Assembly (NCBI GenBank): GCA_963764115.1
Contig: CAVXRT010000051.1
Span: 5,125-69,124, forward strand
DNA length: 64,000 nt
Direction: 5' to 3'
From: an uncultured Alphaproteobacteria bacterium
GTDB lineage: Bacteria > Pseudomonadota > Alphaproteobacteria > Rhizobiales > Rhodomicrobiaceae
Part shown: piece after piece, positions 39,625 to 51,052 of the stretch
How the letters are laid out: each line of letters starts with the position of its first letter
How positions within the stretch are numbered: position 1 is the stretch's first letter
Notes under the pieces: model-generated
The model's database searches: none
Seen by the model: only the letters and a program-made list of their open reading frames with translations
What the model was told of the DNA's origin: nothing
Translations under genes and position numbers: made by a program

Positions 39625-41124
39625 TTGGGGGGCACGATGCTTACTTTCTTCGAGGCGACTGGGCGCCTTAGATGGTTCTTTTCTGCAGTCGCATTGGTAG
39701 CGTCTTTTCTGGCGGTTGATGCCCCTGTATTTGCGAACGGAAACGGCAGACCGCTCAACAGTTATTATCTGGACCGGACGGCACAGCGCATCGACGTGCA
39801 AATCGTCCTGCACAAGTCCGAAACCGTCCGCGTCGACTTTCCTTACGGAGATGCTCTTGTCGGCGACCCCGAGATTGCAGACGTCGTTCCTCTCACCAAC
39901 CAGACAATCTACATCCTGGGCAAGAAAATCGGTGTCACGCGCCTGTCTCTTCTGGACGCCAAGAAGCAGGTTCTTGGTGTGGTGGACATCGAAGTCACCT
40001 ACGACCTCGACATCCTGCGCAGCAAGCTGCAAGGCAACCCGAACTTCTCGAAAATCCATGTCTCGTCCGTCAACGGGAAGGTGCTGCTCACTGGAGTTGC
40101 GCCCGATGCAGTCGTGCTGCAGCAGATTTTGACGCTCGCCGAGCAACTCGCGCCCAAAGATGTCACCAATGGCATGACGGTCGCGGCGCCCCAGCAGGTC
40201 ATGCTGGAAGTTCGCTTCATCGAGGCGGATCGCGACCTGAACCGTGCGATCGGCGTGAACTGGGGGACTGCCGGAAAGGTCGGAGCGGTAACCAATAATG
40301 CAAATATCCAATCCGGCGGCATCTACGACACAGGCGGCGGCAACTTCGCCAATACCTCGGTCTGGAATCTGCAAAGCCTGATGCAAAATCTTATTCCTTA
40401 CGGCACGATCGCGGGCAAGGTCATGGGCGGGCCCGTGACTGCCGACGTGTTTGTGAATGCGCTGGAAGAAAAAGGGCTTGCGCGGCGGCTGGCGGAGCCG
40501 AACCTCATTGCCTTGTCGGGCGATACAGCGAGCTTCCTGGCGGGCGGCGAATTCCCCTTCCCTTCAAGCGTTGCCAGCAACGGCCAGGTGTCGGTTGATT
40601 TTAAGAAGTTCGGCGTTGGCCTCGCTTTCACACCGACCGTGCTGGCTGACGGCAAGATCAATCTGAAGATCGATCCGGAGGTCAGCCAACTCGATCCGGC
40701 CAACTCGGTCACAATGTACGGAACCACAATTCCGGGTTTGAACATCCGCCGGGCCACCACCACGATCGAGCTTCGTGACGGGCAGACTTTCATGATCGCT
40801 GGTTTGCTGCAAGGCCAGAACACGTCGGACACACAAGGGTTGCCCTGGGTAGGGACTGTCCCCGTGCTCGGCGCGCTGTTCCGTAGTGAGGCTTATCAGA
40901 AGCAGGAGACGGATCTTGTCATTCTCGTCACGCCGAGGCTGATCCGTCCGATGGTGCCGGGCGACAAGATCGCGACGCCGTTCGACAACAGGAGACCTGC
41001 GAGCGACCCGGAATTCTTCCTGGCAGGCCAGCAGGAAGTCCAGGTGAGCCAACCCAAATTCGTGGGCGGACACATCATCGATTACATGCCCGAGCCCTCG
41101 TCTTGGGCGCCGGTCAAAAACTAG
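39625..41124 (+). CDS. cpaC: Tad secretin CpaC/RcpA
   Basis: QQVMLEVRFIE, LAEPNLIALSG..ASFLAGGEFP and ETDLVILVTP. Confidence 0.96.
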   Translation: MGGTMLTFFEATGRLRWFFSAVALVASFLAVDAPVFANGNGRPLNSYYLDRTAQRIDVQIVLHKSETVRVDFPYGDALVGDPEIADVVPLTNQTIYILGKKIGVTRLSLLDAKKQVLGVVDIEVTYDLDILRSKLQGNPNFSKIHVSSVNGKVLLTGVAPDAVVLQQILTLAEQLAPKDVTNGMTVAAPQQVMLEVRFIEADRDLNRAIGVNWGTAGKVGAVTNNANIQSGGIYDTGGGNFANTSVWNLQSLMQNLIPYGTIAGKVMGGPVTADVFVNALEEKGLARRLAEPNLIALSGDTASFLAGGEFPFPSSVASNGQVSVDFKKFGVGLAFTPTVLADGKINLKIDPEVSQLDPANSVTMYGTTIPGLNIRRATTTIELRDGQTFMIAGLLQGQNTSDTQGLPWVGTVPVLGALFRSEAYQKQETDLVILVTPRLIRPMVPGDKIATPFDNRRPASDPEFFLAGQQEVQVSQPKFVGGHIIDYMPEPSSWAPVKN

Positions 41125-41134
41125 AAGGGCTATC

Positions 41135-41506
41135 ATGAGACTTCGCAAGACATTCATAGGGCACGCTGCCCGCGTTTGCGCCCTCGCAGCGCTGGCGGCA
41201 GGGCTCGGCGCCTGGGGTTTGGACTGGGATGAGGGATGCGGCTGCTATCCCACAGAGTTCGTCACGCGCCAGGCGGGCGATGCCGTCCAGGTGAACAAAG
41301 ACATCCAGATGATCGATCCCTGGCCGCCTTACGTGAAGAACCGCAAGATCGATATGGATGGTCGTCGCGCCGGTATTGCGATGCGCCGCTATCAGGCCAA
41401 CCAGGTCATTCCACCGGTTAATCTCGCGGCACAAATGCCGAACAACAACAATAATAATAATAACTCTCCCAGTGCGCCCCCGCCTGTGCCCGAGATCCAG
41501 CAATAG
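41135..41506 (+). CDS. Small Tad-associated exported protein (pilotin/CpaD position)
   Basis: Signal peptide, AGDAV.VN...Q.IDPWP motif and Asn8 tract; lies between cpaC and cpaE. Confidence 0.7.
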   Translation: MRLRKTFIGHAARVCALAALAAGLGAWGLDWDEGCGCYPTEFVTRQAGDAVQVNKDIQMIDPWPPYVKNRKIDMDGRRAGIAMRRYQANQVIPPVNLAAQMPNNNNNNNNSPSAPPPVPEIQQ

Positions 41507-41518
41507 GGAGAATCGGGC

Positions 41519-42820
41519 GTGGAGAAGGAGCAGCTGTGGACCGCGGAGAGCCATATCGTTCCCCCGGAGGGCGGGACGAACGAAGAAGATATGCGCACTC
41601 TTGGCGCCCCGATCCCTGTTGAGAGTATCGGACGCGAAGCGCCGATAGCCAAGGGTCCATTCGACCCCGTACACAAAGTCAATGTGCTTCTCCTGACGAG
41701 CGACGCCAGTCTCCGGCAGCGCATCTCCGCGAATTTTGCCGGGCAAAAACGTTTCAACCTTCGCCATCTGAACGGCGGGATCGTAGAGATCGAGAACATG
41801 ATCGGTGACGGGCAACTTCCCGATGTCGCCGTGATCGACATCGGGAAAGGGGACGTTCCCGATATCAACGCCCTGGAACGTCTGAAGAAGTCGCGTTTTT
41901 TGAAGGTGCCGATCATCGCGATTTCGGGTCATATCGACCCGATGATAGCCCGCGGCCTCATGCGGATAAAAGTCGACGACTGGCTTCCAGCGGACTGCGA
42001 ACTGGGCGAAATCCAACGAGCGTGCGAAAAAGCCCTTCACGCCCGACCCACAGAAGCAAGCGGCCGCCACGCTCAATGCACCGCATTCTATCCGGCCAGT
42101 GGTGGATGCGGCAACACGACGTTGGCGATCCAGACGGCATTCCTTACCGGCAACCGGAAAAAACGCCCTGGGGCGGTCTGTCTCGTCGACCTCAATTTCC
42201 AGGATGGGACAGTCGCCGATTATCTCGATCTTTCCCCCGCCTTTCAGCTATCCGAGCTCGCAAAGGTTTCAGGCCGCCTCGACCATCAAATGTTAGACGT
42301 CATGCTGACGCGGCATCGCTCGGGATTGGCTGTGCTCGCAGCGCCTCGCGTTCTTGGCCGTTTCGTCGACGTCAGCGGGGAGTTGATTGCATCGGTGCTC
42401 GGCCTTCTCTCGGAGTTCTTCGAGCACCTCATCATCGACCTGCCCAAGAACTGGTATCCATGGACCGATAACGTGGTTTGGGGCTCCGACCGCATCTTCG
42501 TCGTGACGGGCTTCACCATTCCCGCATTGCGGCAGGCGCGCTTCATGACGGACGCGATACGAGAGAAAGCCTCCCCGGAAGCTCAGGTATCGGTCATCGT
42601 CAACAAGTTCCACGAACCCCTGATGGGTGCTGGACTCACAAGGAAGGACGCCGAGGGCATCCTCGCGGCCCGGCTCGGCGGGTTGATTCCAAATGTGAGC
42701 GGGATTGTCGACGACGCGATCAACCGGGGCATGCCGCTATCGGAGCTGCGGGCGGGCAGCAAGATCGAAAAAAAGCTTCTGCAAATTCTCGACCGCGATA
42801 AACGGACACCCAAAGAATAA
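41519..42820 (+). CDS. cpaE: CpaE/TadZ localisation ATPase
   Basis: Receiver-like N-terminal domain plus MinD-like ASGGCGNTTLA and LVDLNFQ.G. Confidence 0.93.
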   Translation: MEKEQLWTAESHIVPPEGGTNEEDMRTLGAPIPVESIGREAPIAKGPFDPVHKVNVLLLTSDASLRQRISANFAGQKRFNLRHLNGGIVEIENMIGDGQLPDVAVIDIGKGDVPDINALERLKKSRFLKVPIIAISGHIDPMIARGLMRIKVDDWLPADCELGEIQRACEKALHARPTEASGRHAQCTAFYPASGGCGNTTLAIQTAFLTGNRKKRPGAVCLVDLNFQDGTVADYLDLSPAFQLSELAKVSGRLDHQMLDVMLTRHRSGLAVLAAPRVLGRFVDVSGELIASVLGLLSEFFEHLIIDLPKNWYPWTDNVVWGSDRIFVVTGFTIPALRQARFMTDAIREKASPEAQVSVIVNKFHEPLMGAGLTRKDAEGILAARLGGLIPNVSGIVDDAINRGMPLSELRAGSKIEKKLLQILDRDKRTPKE

Positions 42821-42840
42821 AGTCAGGGATTGGGGCAACG

Positions 42841-44241
42841 ATGCTGAACAGATTTATGAGAGGGCCAGCGAAACCGGAAACTCCGCCGCCGGCTGAGGCG
42901 CCGCTTGCTGTCGCCGTTCCCGCTGACACCGTTGCAACACTGGAGAGCGAGGAAGCCCCGTCGATGGCGACGCAGCTCATCGATGCCAAGGTCCGCATTC
43001 ATCGCAAACTGATCGACGATCTCAATCTCGCCTCGCTGGAGCGCATCCCGCGAGAGGACCTGCGCCGGCAGATCGGCGAATTCGTCACCGACTACGTCAA
43101 ATCCGAGCGCGTCCTTCTCAACGCGAAAGAACTTGAGGGATTCGCTCAGGAAGTCTTCGACGAGCTCACTGGCCTTGGCCCTCTTGAGCCTTTGCTGAAA
43201 GATACAACCATCAGCGATATCCTCATAAACACCCACGAAAAAGTCTATGTGGAGCGGCGCGGCAAGCTCGAACTGGTGCCGGTCCGCTTCAAGGACGAGG
43301 CTCACATCCTTCGCATCGTCAATAAGATCGTGGGCGCGGTCGGCCGCCGCGTAGATGAATCCCAGCCCATGGTCGACGCGCGGCTCTCCGACGGGTCTCG
43401 CATCAACGTCGCGGTCCGCCCCATTGCGGTGGATGGACCGCTGGTCTCCATCCGCAAATTCTCCGATAAGCCCTACGACCTTGCGAAACTGGCAAGTTTC
43501 GGAGCGCTGAGCGCGAGGATGTCTGAACTGCTCGCGATGTGCGTGCAGTCGAGGCTGACAATTCTCATCTCCGGCGGCACCGGCAGCGGAAAAACCACGC
43601 TGCTGAACGCGCTTTCGGCCTATATCGACTATGCGGAGCGGCTCATTACCATTGAGGACGCCGCAGAACTGAGGCTGCAGCAACCTCACGTGGGGCGGCT
43701 CGAGACGCGACCTCCCAACATCGAAGGGCGAGGCGAGATCCGTCAACGCGAACTCGTGAAGAACGCGCTCCGTATGCGTCCCGACCGCATCATCGTGGGC
43801 GAGGTGCGCGGCGAAGAAGCCTTCGACATGCTGCAAGCCATGAACACCGGCCATGAAGGCTCGCTCGCGACCATCCACGCCAATACCCCGCGTGATGCGC
43901 TGGGACGGCTGTCTCAGATGGTGGGCATGGCGGGCCTGCCAATGTCGGAGAACAGCATCCGGACGCAGATCACATCGGCCATCAAGGTGATCGTGCAGCT
44001 GCAGCGCTTCAGCGACGGCAAACGCCGGATCGTCAGCATCACGGAAGTTTCCGGCATGGAGCGCGATATCATCCAGCTGCAGGAACTGTTCCGCTTCGCC
44101 CGGCAAGGAACCGCGCCTGACGGGCAGGTGCGCGGCGTCTACACGGCGACAGGCGTCAGGCCCCACTTCGTCGACGATCTGAAGGTCAAAGGCTTCAGCT
44201 TACCGAGCTCGTTTTTTGATCCAGCGGCTGCGGTGAACTAG
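42841..44241 (+). CDS. cpaF: CpaF/TadA assembly ATPase
   Basis: [26 protein letters not shown] and MNTGHEGS. Confidence 0.97.
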   Translation: MLNRFMRGPAKPETPPPAEAPLAVAVPADTVATLESEEAPSMATQLIDAKVRIHRKLIDDLNLASLERIPREDLRRQIGEFVTDYVKSERVLLNAKELEGFAQEVFDELTGLGPLEPLLKDTTISDILINTHEKVYVERRGKLELVPVRFKDEAHILRIVNKIVGAVGRRVDESQPMVDARLSDGSRINVAVRPIAVDGPLVSIRKFSDKPYDLAKLASFGALSARMSELLAMCVQSRLTILISGGTGSGKTTLLNALSAYIDYAERLITIEDAAELRLQQPHVGRLETRPPNIEGRGEIRQRELVKNALRMRPDRIIVGEVRGEEAFDMLQAMNTGHEGSLATIHANTPRDALGRLSQMVGMAGLPMSENSIRTQITSAIKVIVQLQRFSDGKRRIVSITEVSGMERDIIQLQELFRFARQGTAPDGQVRGVYTATGVRPHFVDDLKVKGFSLPSSFFDPAAAVN

Positions 44242-44243
44242 CC

Positions 44244-45203
44244 ATGCCGAGCCATAACCAGGTTACCCTCTTCGTTTTCTGCGCGATCCTCACCCTCATT
44301 CTTTCACTGTATATTGTCATCAAGGAATGGAGCGCCAGCCGTGGCCGCATCCGATCCCGGCTGACGGGCCAGGAAAAGGACCGCATCAAGTCAGAGGCTG
44401 AGCTTCTTGATATCCGGCGGAGCCGAAGCCTTACAGGCGAAGGAGATTATTCAACCCCCTTCCTCTCCCTTAACAAGCTCATACTTCAGTCCGGAATTCG
44501 GTGGGGATTGTCTGGCGTAATTTTCATGGCGCTGGCCTGTGCCGCCGCGGCGTACCTCGCCGCATCCTTTGCGGGGATGAACCTTCTCATGCGGATCCTT
44601 TGCGCAGTCGCCTCCGGGATTGGGTTGCCCGTCATTGTCCTGCGCTCCCTGCGCGACGGCCGCCGGCGCAGGTTCGAGGAACAACTGCCGGAAGCCATTG
44701 ACACGATGGTCCGAAGCCTCAAGGCCGGGCACGCAATATCGGTAGCAATTTCCGCCGTATCCCGGCACATGCCTGACCCGATCGGCGCGGAATTCAGAAT
44801 GGCTGCCGCCGAGATGGCGTACGGCCTCGATCTCGAAACGGCCATGGTCAATCTGCACTCGCGTGTCGGCCAACCCGATCTTGGCCTGCTTTCGCTCGCA
44901 GTCGCCATTCAATCCAAGACCGGCGGCAATCTAGCCGAAATTCTTTCCAATATGGCCCGGGTCATCCGCAGCCATTTTAGATTGCGCAGAAAAGCACGCG
45001 CACTGACAGCGGAGGCGCGTGTCTCCGCCTACATTTTGAGCGGCCTGCCTATCGTCTTGTTCGTCGTTGTTTCTCTCATAACCCCAAGTTTCTACGGCCA
45101 GGTCTGGGACCATCCCTATACGAAGCCCGGCCTTGCAGCGGCGTTCTTCTGGATGATGCTTGGCAATTACGTCATGTACCGCATGGCAAGGATTCGAGTG
45201 TGA
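44244..45203 (+). CDS. tadB: TadB inner-membrane platform protein
   Basis: QLPEAID.MVRSLKAGH and IQ.KTGGNLAEIL. Confidence 0.95.
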   Translation: MPSHNQVTLFVFCAILTLILSLYIVIKEWSASRGRIRSRLTGQEKDRIKSEAELLDIRRSRSLTGEGDYSTPFLSLNKLILQSGIRWGLSGVIFMALACAAAAYLAASFAGMNLLMRILCAVASGIGLPVIVLRSLRDGRRRRFEEQLPEAIDTMVRSLKAGHAISVAISAVSRHMPDPIGAEFRMAAAEMAYGLDLETAMVNLHSRVGQPDLGLLSLAVAIQSKTGGNLAEILSNMARVIRSHFRLRRKARALTAEARVSAYILSGLPIVLFVVVSLITPSFYGQVWDHPYTKPGLAAAFFWMMLGNYVMYRMARIRV

Positions 45204-46192
45204 TGATGGACGCGCTGTCATTTCAGATTTCCGATCCGGCGACCGGCCGCGTCGCGGCGGCCATGGCCTTCACATTCGGCGCAGTTTTCTTTTTCGTGGT
45301 AGGGATCAACGCTTATCTCAGCGCCAAGAGCGTCGTTAAGAGGCGTTCGGTCCTGGATCCAGGACTGGCTTCGCCGGATGCCGCCGCCGACCAGGGGTGG
45401 TCCAGAAATGCAAACTCTCCTCGATATCAGAGTATTCTATCGACATCCGCGCTGCTGGGCGACGTAGAGCGCGGCGCATCGAGCGGCGAAAGCGAGACGT
45501 CGAAGCTAAGGCGGGAAATGCTTCGCGCCGGCTTTTTCGTCCCGGATAGCGTGTTCTGGTATCAAATGGCTCGCATGAGCCTGCTTGCGGTAGGTGTTGT
45601 TGGCGGATATCTGGGCCATCGCTTCTTTTTCCCGTATGCGCCGGCCAGTTCGAGCATATTGTTGGGCGCCTTCCTGGGCTGCATCGGTTTCCTGCTGCCG
45701 AACCGGTTTCTGGTCATGCGACAAAATCGGGTGATCCAGGAATGCCGTGAGGGATTCCCGGACTTCATCGATTTGATGATCGTGTGTGCGGAAGCAGGGT
45801 TGGGCCCTCGCTCGACGATTGAGCGACTCAGCCGGGAGATTGCCAAGACTTATCCAATTCTTGGCGCCCACTGCTATCTCAGCAGTCTCGAAATTCGCGC
45901 CGGAAGCAGCCTGCACCAGGCGCTCTTCAATCTGTCGCGCCGCATTCAGGTCGATGAAGCCGCGATCCTGGCCTCGCTCCTGGAGCAAACCGAGCAGCTT
46001 GGCACAAGCATGACTGACGCTTTGCGCGTCTATAGCGAGGAAATGCGAGAGCGGCGGCTCATCAGAGCCGAAGAGAAGGCGCATGCCCTTCCTGCGAAGC
46101 TGGTTGTGCCGCTCGGCCTGTTCGTCTTCCCCGTCATTCTCGTTGTCATTCTCCTCCCAGCGTTCATCCGGGTCAAAAATGCAATCTTATAA
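45200..46192 (+). CDS. tadC: TadC inner-membrane platform protein
   Basis: FPDFIDLMIVCAEAGL and RAEEKA..LPAKL.VPL. Confidence 0.95.
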   Translation: MMMDALSFQISDPATGRVAAAMAFTFGAVFFFVVGINAYLSAKSVVKRRSVLDPGLASPDAAADQGWSRNANSPRYQSILSTSALLGDVERGASSGESETSKLRREMLRAGFFVPDSVFWYQMARMSLLAVGVVGGYLGHRFFFPYAPASSSILLGAFLGCIGFLLPNRFLVMRQNRVIQECREGFPDFIDLMIVCAEAGLGPRSTIERLSREIAKTYPILGAHCYLSSLEIRAGSSLHQALFNLSRRIQVDEAAILASLLEQTEQLGTSMTDALRVYSEEMRERRLIRAEEKAHALPAKLVVPLGLFVFPVILVVILLPAFIRVKNAIL

Positions 46193-46197
46193 TCAAG

Positions 46198-46722
46198 GTG
46201 GGACGCATGAGAGCTTTCAACATCATTTCCTCGGCCGCTATCGTGGCTTTTGGTCTCGCGGGCTGCGCTGACATGGGCGTGATTTTGCCTGTCGTGGATC
46301 TTCCCGCGACGGGTGAGGTCGTCCTGGCTCCCTCGTTCCAATCCGGACCCGAACAACCCCTTGTCTACAAGGCGAAGATTCACTTCAGAAATGGCGAGTA
46401 TGGCCTAGCCGAGCGATTCTTCCGTCAGGCTGTGGAAGAGCGCTATCAGAACGCTGACGCATGGCTCGGTCTCGCTGCATCCTACGATCATCTCAAGAGA
46501 TTCGAGGAGGCAGACCGCGCGTACGACGTTCTCGAAAAGATGGTCGGCCATACGTCGATCGTACTGAACAATTTGGGCTACCACTACATGTTGAAGGGTG
46601 AATTTGGCAGTGCCGAACATGCGCTGCTGACGGCGCAAATGAAGGATCCGTCGAACCCCCTGATCTGCGCCAACCTCGCTCTGCTTGCCGACTGGAAGAG
46701 GGCGGCTGGCAAGGCGGCGTAG
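46198..46722 (+). CDS. tadD: TadD-like TPR lipoprotein
   Basis: Lipobox LAGC; TPR motifs AWLGLAASYD and LNNLGY.Y. Confidence 0.88.
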   Translation: MGRMRAFNIISSAAIVAFGLAGCADMGVILPVVDLPATGEVVLAPSFQSGPEQPLVYKAKIHFRNGEYGLAERFFRQAVEERYQNADAWLGLAASYDHLKRFEEADRAYDVLEKMVGHTSIVLNNLGYHYMLKGEFGSAEHALLTAQMKDPSNPLICANLALLADWKRAAGKAA

Positions 46723-46757
46723 GGCCAATCGTGATGGCTTGGCTCACTGAATTTTTA

Positions 46758-46834
<77 letters not shown>

Positions 46835-46909
46835 ACACGATCCCTGTTTCCTAAACGGTTTAGCGCCGTTCTGCAACGATGTCGTGCGTTGGAAACGGTT
46901 CTTTTCGTC

Positions 46910-47626
46910 CTAACCATCCAGCTCGGGATAATGGCGGAAAATGCCTTCCTCGTTGAAAGGCAGGCGGCGGTCGCTCGCGAGATAAGCTTGAATGCGAGGG
47001 CGTTCTGCAATGGCGCGATGAAGGTCTGCAACATGCGGCGACGAGGTAAGCACTCGCTCCATAGCTCGCGGGAAGGCATAGGTGAGCCCCTCCACCACCT
47101 GGAACAGCGAAAGATCGGCGTAGCTCAGGCAATCGCCAACGAGATGCGCGGTCCCTTTCGGGTTCCTGCGAAGGATGTTTTCGAGCCAGCCAAGGTATTT
47201 GGGGATCCGCCTCTTGCGAAAGCCTTCCGCGCGGCGCAACGCTTCCGGCTTCTGGTCTTCGTAATAGAGGCCGCCACCCACGGGGTGATGCGTGTCGTGA
47301 ACCTCGCTTATGAGATCGTCGATGGTGAGCTGAATTTCATGAGCCCAAAGCCGCTGCGCCTCATCTCGCGGCGCAAGGCCGTGCTTCGGGCCGAGATAGA
47401 ATAGAATGGCCGCAGTCTGGCTGATCACCGCATCACCATCCTTAAGAAAAGGCGCCGCGAAAGGCGGGTGTTCCTCGTTCTCGTCCTCGATCAAAGCCAT
47501 CATCTTGGCCATGCCTCCCGTGCCGCGCGCGACATCCTCATAGGCGGCGGCGGCCTCCTCCAAGGCAAGGCGCACGAATTCCCCGCGCCCCTGGAGGTGC
47601 GGCCAATAATAGAGTTTGTAGACCAT
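46910..47626 (-). CDS. Glutathione S-transferase
   Basis: [24 protein letters not shown]...ISQT and SYADLSLFQ. Confidence 0.95.
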   Translation of the reverse strand: MVYKLYYWPHLQGRGEFVRLALEEAAAAYEDVARGTGGMAKMMALIEDENEEHPPFAAPFLKDGDAVISQTAAILFYLGPKHGLAPRDEAQRLWAHEIQLTIDDLISEVHDTHHPVGGGLYYEDQKPEALRRAEGFRKRRIPKYLGWLENILRRNPKGTAHLVGDCLSYADLSLFQVVEGLTYAFPRAMERVLTSSPHVADLHRAIAERPRIQAYLASDRRLPFNEEGIFRHYPELDG

Positions 47627-47789
47627 CGGACTCTCCCTAATCGATGGGGCGGCGCGCTCGCGATCACCGAGGCATCTCAGTCTGCGCCGATTTTACCGCA
47701 TTCCCTCCGCCGCGCCTTGCTTTCCGTGCGGCCCCTCCCTAGAACATTGGAAAAACAAAGGGGCGCTCGCGAGCCCAAAAGGGTCAGGC

Positions 47790-49193
47790 ATGACAAGAAC
47801 ACTGTACGATAAAATCTGGGACGATCATGTCGTCGATACGCAGCCCGATGGCACGAGCCTCCTTTATATCGACCGCCACCTGATTCACGAGGTGACGAGT
47901 CCGCAGGCGTTCGAGGGGTTGCGCGTGGCGCGCCGCCGGGTGCATGCGCCGGAGAAGACGCTGGCCGTTGTCGATCACAACGTGCCGACCACCGACCGGA
48001 GCCGCGGCATCGACGATCCGGAGTTTGCCCTTCAGGTGAAGACGCTGGCTGACAACTGCGCCGAGTTCGGCGTGGAGTATTATAACGAGCTGGATCACCG
48101 CCAGGGCATCGTTCACATCATCGGCCCGGAGCAGGGCTTCACCTTGCCGGGCACGACCATCGTCTGCGGCGACAGCCATACCTCCACGCATGGCGCGTTT
48201 GGGGCGCTCGCCCACGGCATTGGCACGTCGGAAGTGGAGCATGTGCTCGCCACGCAGACGCTGATCCAGAAAAAAGCGAAGAATATGCGCATCATGGTGG
48301 ACGGCGCGCTGCCTGCGGGAGTTACCGCGAAGGACATCATCCTCGCAATCATCGGCGAGATCGGTACTGCGGGCGGGACCGGCTATGTGATTGAATATGC
48401 CGGCGAAGCGATCCGTGCGCTGTCCATGGAAGGGCGCATGACGGTCTGCAACATGTCCATCGAAGGCGGCGCGCGGGCCGGTATGATCGCCCCCGACGAG
48501 AAGACCTTCGACTATATCAAGGGGCGGCCACGCGCGCCCAAAGGCGCGGCTTGGGACATTGCGCGCAAATATTGGGAAATCCTGCCTTCGGATGAAGGCG
48601 CTCACTTTGACCGCGAAGTGCGTCTCGACGCGGCGAATCTGCCGCCGATCGTGACCTGGGGAACGAGCCCCGAAGACGTGGTCGCCATCACGGGCACGGT
48701 GCCCGATCCGGCGAAGGTCGCCGACGATGGGAAGCGCGCCGCTGTTGCGCGGGCGCTCGCCTATATGGGGCTGGAGCCCGGAACCAGGATGACTGACATC
48801 GCGATCGACCGTGTCTTCATCGGCTCCTGCACCAATGGCCGCATCGAAGACCTTCGCGCCGCGGCGAGTGTGCTCGATGGCCATCAAATAGCGGACGGCG
48901 TGAACGCGATGGTCGTGCCGGGGTCGGGTCTCGTCAAGGAGCAGGCGGAAGCCGAAGGGCTGGACAAGATTTTCGTCGCGGCAGGCTTCGAGTGGCGTGA
49001 GCCGGGCTGCTCCATGTGCCTGGCCATGAACGCCGACAAGCTTGCGCCGGGGGAGCGCTGCGCTTCCACCTCGAACCGCAATTTCGAGGGGCGGCAGGGC
49101 TTCAAGGGCCGGACTCATCTGGTGTCGCCAGCCATGGCGGCGGCGGCGGCGATTGCCGGACGCTTCGTCGACATTCGCGAGTTCGGCCGCTAG
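47790..49193 (+). CDS. leuC: 3-isopropylmalate dehydratase large subunit
   Basis: [37 protein letters not shown] and [11 protein letters not shown]. Confidence 0.99.
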   Translation: MTRTLYDKIWDDHVVDTQPDGTSLLYIDRHLIHEVTSPQAFEGLRVARRRVHAPEKTLAVVDHNVPTTDRSRGIDDPEFALQVKTLADNCAEFGVEYYNELDHRQGIVHIIGPEQGFTLPGTTIVCGDSHTSTHGAFGALAHGIGTSEVEHVLATQTLIQKKAKNMRIMVDGALPAGVTAKDIILAIIGEIGTAGGTGYVIEYAGEAIRALSMEGRMTVCNMSIEGGARAGMIAPDEKTFDYIKGRPRAPKGAAWDIARKYWEILPSDEGAHFDREVRLDAANLPPIVTWGTSPEDVVAITGTVPDPAKVADDGKRAAVARALAYMGLEPGTRMTDIAIDRVFIGSCTNGRIEDLRAAASVLDGHQIADGVNAMVVPGSGLVKEQAEAEGLDKIFVAAGFEWREPGCSMCLAMNADKLAPGERCASTSNRNFEGRQGFKGRTHLVSPAMAAAAAIAGRFVDIREFGR

Positions 49194-49242
49194 ACCGGAG
49201 TGCGTAAAATAGGGATCGGTTGCGACGCAATCCTTAGAGCTC

Positions 49243-49340
49243 GTCATCCCGGAAAGACGCCTGCGTCGTATCCGGGATCGCAACAGTCGCTTCGATTTGT
49301 AACGGCCCCTGATATGCGCTGAGGCGCATTCCGGGGTGAC
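49243..49340. repeat. REP/RPE-like palindromic element
   Basis: GTCATCCCGG...TATCCGGGATCG...CCGGGGTGAC; related copy at 62688-62785. Confidence 0.75.
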
Positions 49341-49367
49341 GATCATCGGGACGCACGACGCTCTAAA

Positions 49368-49784
49368 GGTAAACCGTTCGTCAACCTCCCGTAAGCGTTA
49401 ATACAACATGGTTAACAGGAGCGCGCCGGATTTATTTCCGGCCTGAGTATGCTTAAGAAAGCGTCTATCCGGCGCAAAAGGAGGAGCGCCGCGCCTAAGG
49501 CTGGTTGTAGGCAAGCTAATCTAAGCCATTGAAAACGAAAAGATTTCTGTCTTCACTCGATCGCCATTAAATAGAATTTAATGCCGGAATTTTGGCATTA
49601 AGTTGGCTCGCAAAAGTCCGTTAAATATGTTTGCGATTTCACGCGTTAACCCTTTCGCCAGCCCGAAAAGCTGCGGCACGGGCGGCGGCGATGGCGTCCC
49701 GTTCGCTATTTTCCCTTATTTAGCAGGGGTTGGAGCGGGCTCACGCCGCGTTAACCTGCCCGCAAGGCGATATCGCCGAAGATC
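49368..49784 (+). repeat. Dispersed ~410 bp TTAA-rich element, copy 3
   Basis: Same conserved blocks and core spacing as copies 1 and 2. Confidence 0.9.
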
Positions 49785-49899
49785 TTTCAGATCAAGCAGT
49801 GCCGACGAAAACGTCAGGGACAGGTTGACAAGCAGAGGCCGCATTGCGCAATACGCATACAAAAATGCATCCAGCCTGCGTCCGATTAAGGGCGCGATG

Positions 49900-51050
49900 C
49901 TTGTCTTATGACTTTTCTTGCGAACAGGTCGAAGAGGAACCGCTGGGGAGAGGGTCGCAGCCCTCCCGTCAGCGGCGAGGGACGGATCGGCGCGATGCTG
50001 GCCATCTGATGGGCCGAGTTAGAGTATGATCGCCCTCGTCTTTTCCTGAAGGCCTGAACGGATACCCGGGGGAAAGCCCCGAATGACAAGCAGAGGCGCG
50101 GAAAAGATGACCCTTGTTACCATCGGCGTCGATATTTCGAAAGACCATCTCGATGTCCATCGCCTGCCTGACGGCCAAAGCCGCAGGTTCACCAATGACA
50201 AGGCAGGATACAAGGCGCTCGCCGCCTTTATCGGCAAGGGTGCGGTGCGCGTGGTCTTCGAGCCCACCGGCCCCTATCATCGCGCTTTTGAACGCGAGTT
50301 CTCGAGCAAAGGCCAGCCGCTCGTGAAGGTCAATCCCAGGCAGGCGCGCCGGTTTGCAGAAGCAACCGGTAAACTCGCCAAGACCGACCGCATCGATGCA
50401 ATCGTGCTCGCGAAAATGGGGATGCTCCTCGATCTTGATGCACGCCCAGCGCCCTCTGAAGGCCTAAGCGAACTCAAAGAGCTCTCTATCGCCCGCGAAG
50501 CGCTCGTGAAAGACCGCACCGCCGCAAAAAATCGCGCCAAAGCCTTGACGCTCCCTGTCCTGAAACGTCACAACGCCGAGCGCTTGAAGCAGATCGAGCG
50601 CCAGATCGGCGCGATCGAGGCCGTTATCATGGAGCGCCTTCAGGCGGACCCAGACCTGGCGAGACGCTTGTCCATCCTGACCAGTATCCCTGGCATATCG
50701 CGCATCACTGCCTTCGCCCTCATCATCGAAATGCCCGAGCTTGGCGCCATTCAGGCCGGACAGGCCGCCAGTCTTGCCGGGCTTGCTCCTGTTGCACGCC
50801 AATCGGGTCGCTGGACCGGCCGCGCCTTCATACGCGGCGGACGGGCCAGCCTGCGCCGCGCTCTTTACATGCCGGCCCTCGTCGCCGCACGCTTCAACCC
50901 GGACCTGAAAACGAAATACGATCAGCTCAGAGAAGCCGGAAAACCCGCAAAGGTCGCCATCACCGCCATCATGCGAAAGCTCGTCGTGCTGGCAAACGCC
51001 CTGCTCAGCAAAAACCGCCGGTGGACCCTAAAACCCGCTTGATCAAAACT
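49900..51050 (+). mobile_element. IS110-family element with 5' bridge-RNA region, CT core
   Basis: Ends defined by guide matches between the 5' non-coding region and the flanks; CT at 49900-49901 and 51049-51050. Confidence 0.85.
50107..51042 (+). CDS. IS110-family recombinase/transposase
   Basis: IGVDISK, FEPTG.Y, AKTDRIDA, SIPGI, AGLAP..RQSG and GGR..LR.ALYM. Confidence 0.96.
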   Translation: MTLVTIGVDISKDHLDVHRLPDGQSRRFTNDKAGYKALAAFIGKGAVRVVFEPTGPYHRAFEREFSSKGQPLVKVNPRQARRFAEATGKLAKTDRIDAIVLAKMGMLLDLDARPAPSEGLSELKELSIAREALVKDRTAAKNRAKALTLPVLKRHNAERLKQIERQIGAIEAVIMERLQADPDLARRLSILTSIPGISRITAFALIIEMPELGAIQAGQAASLAGLAPVARQSGRWTGRAFIRGGRASLRRALYMPALVAARFNPDLKTKYDQLREAGKPAKVAITAIMRKLVVLANALLSKNRRWTLKPA

Positions 51051-51052
51051 CT

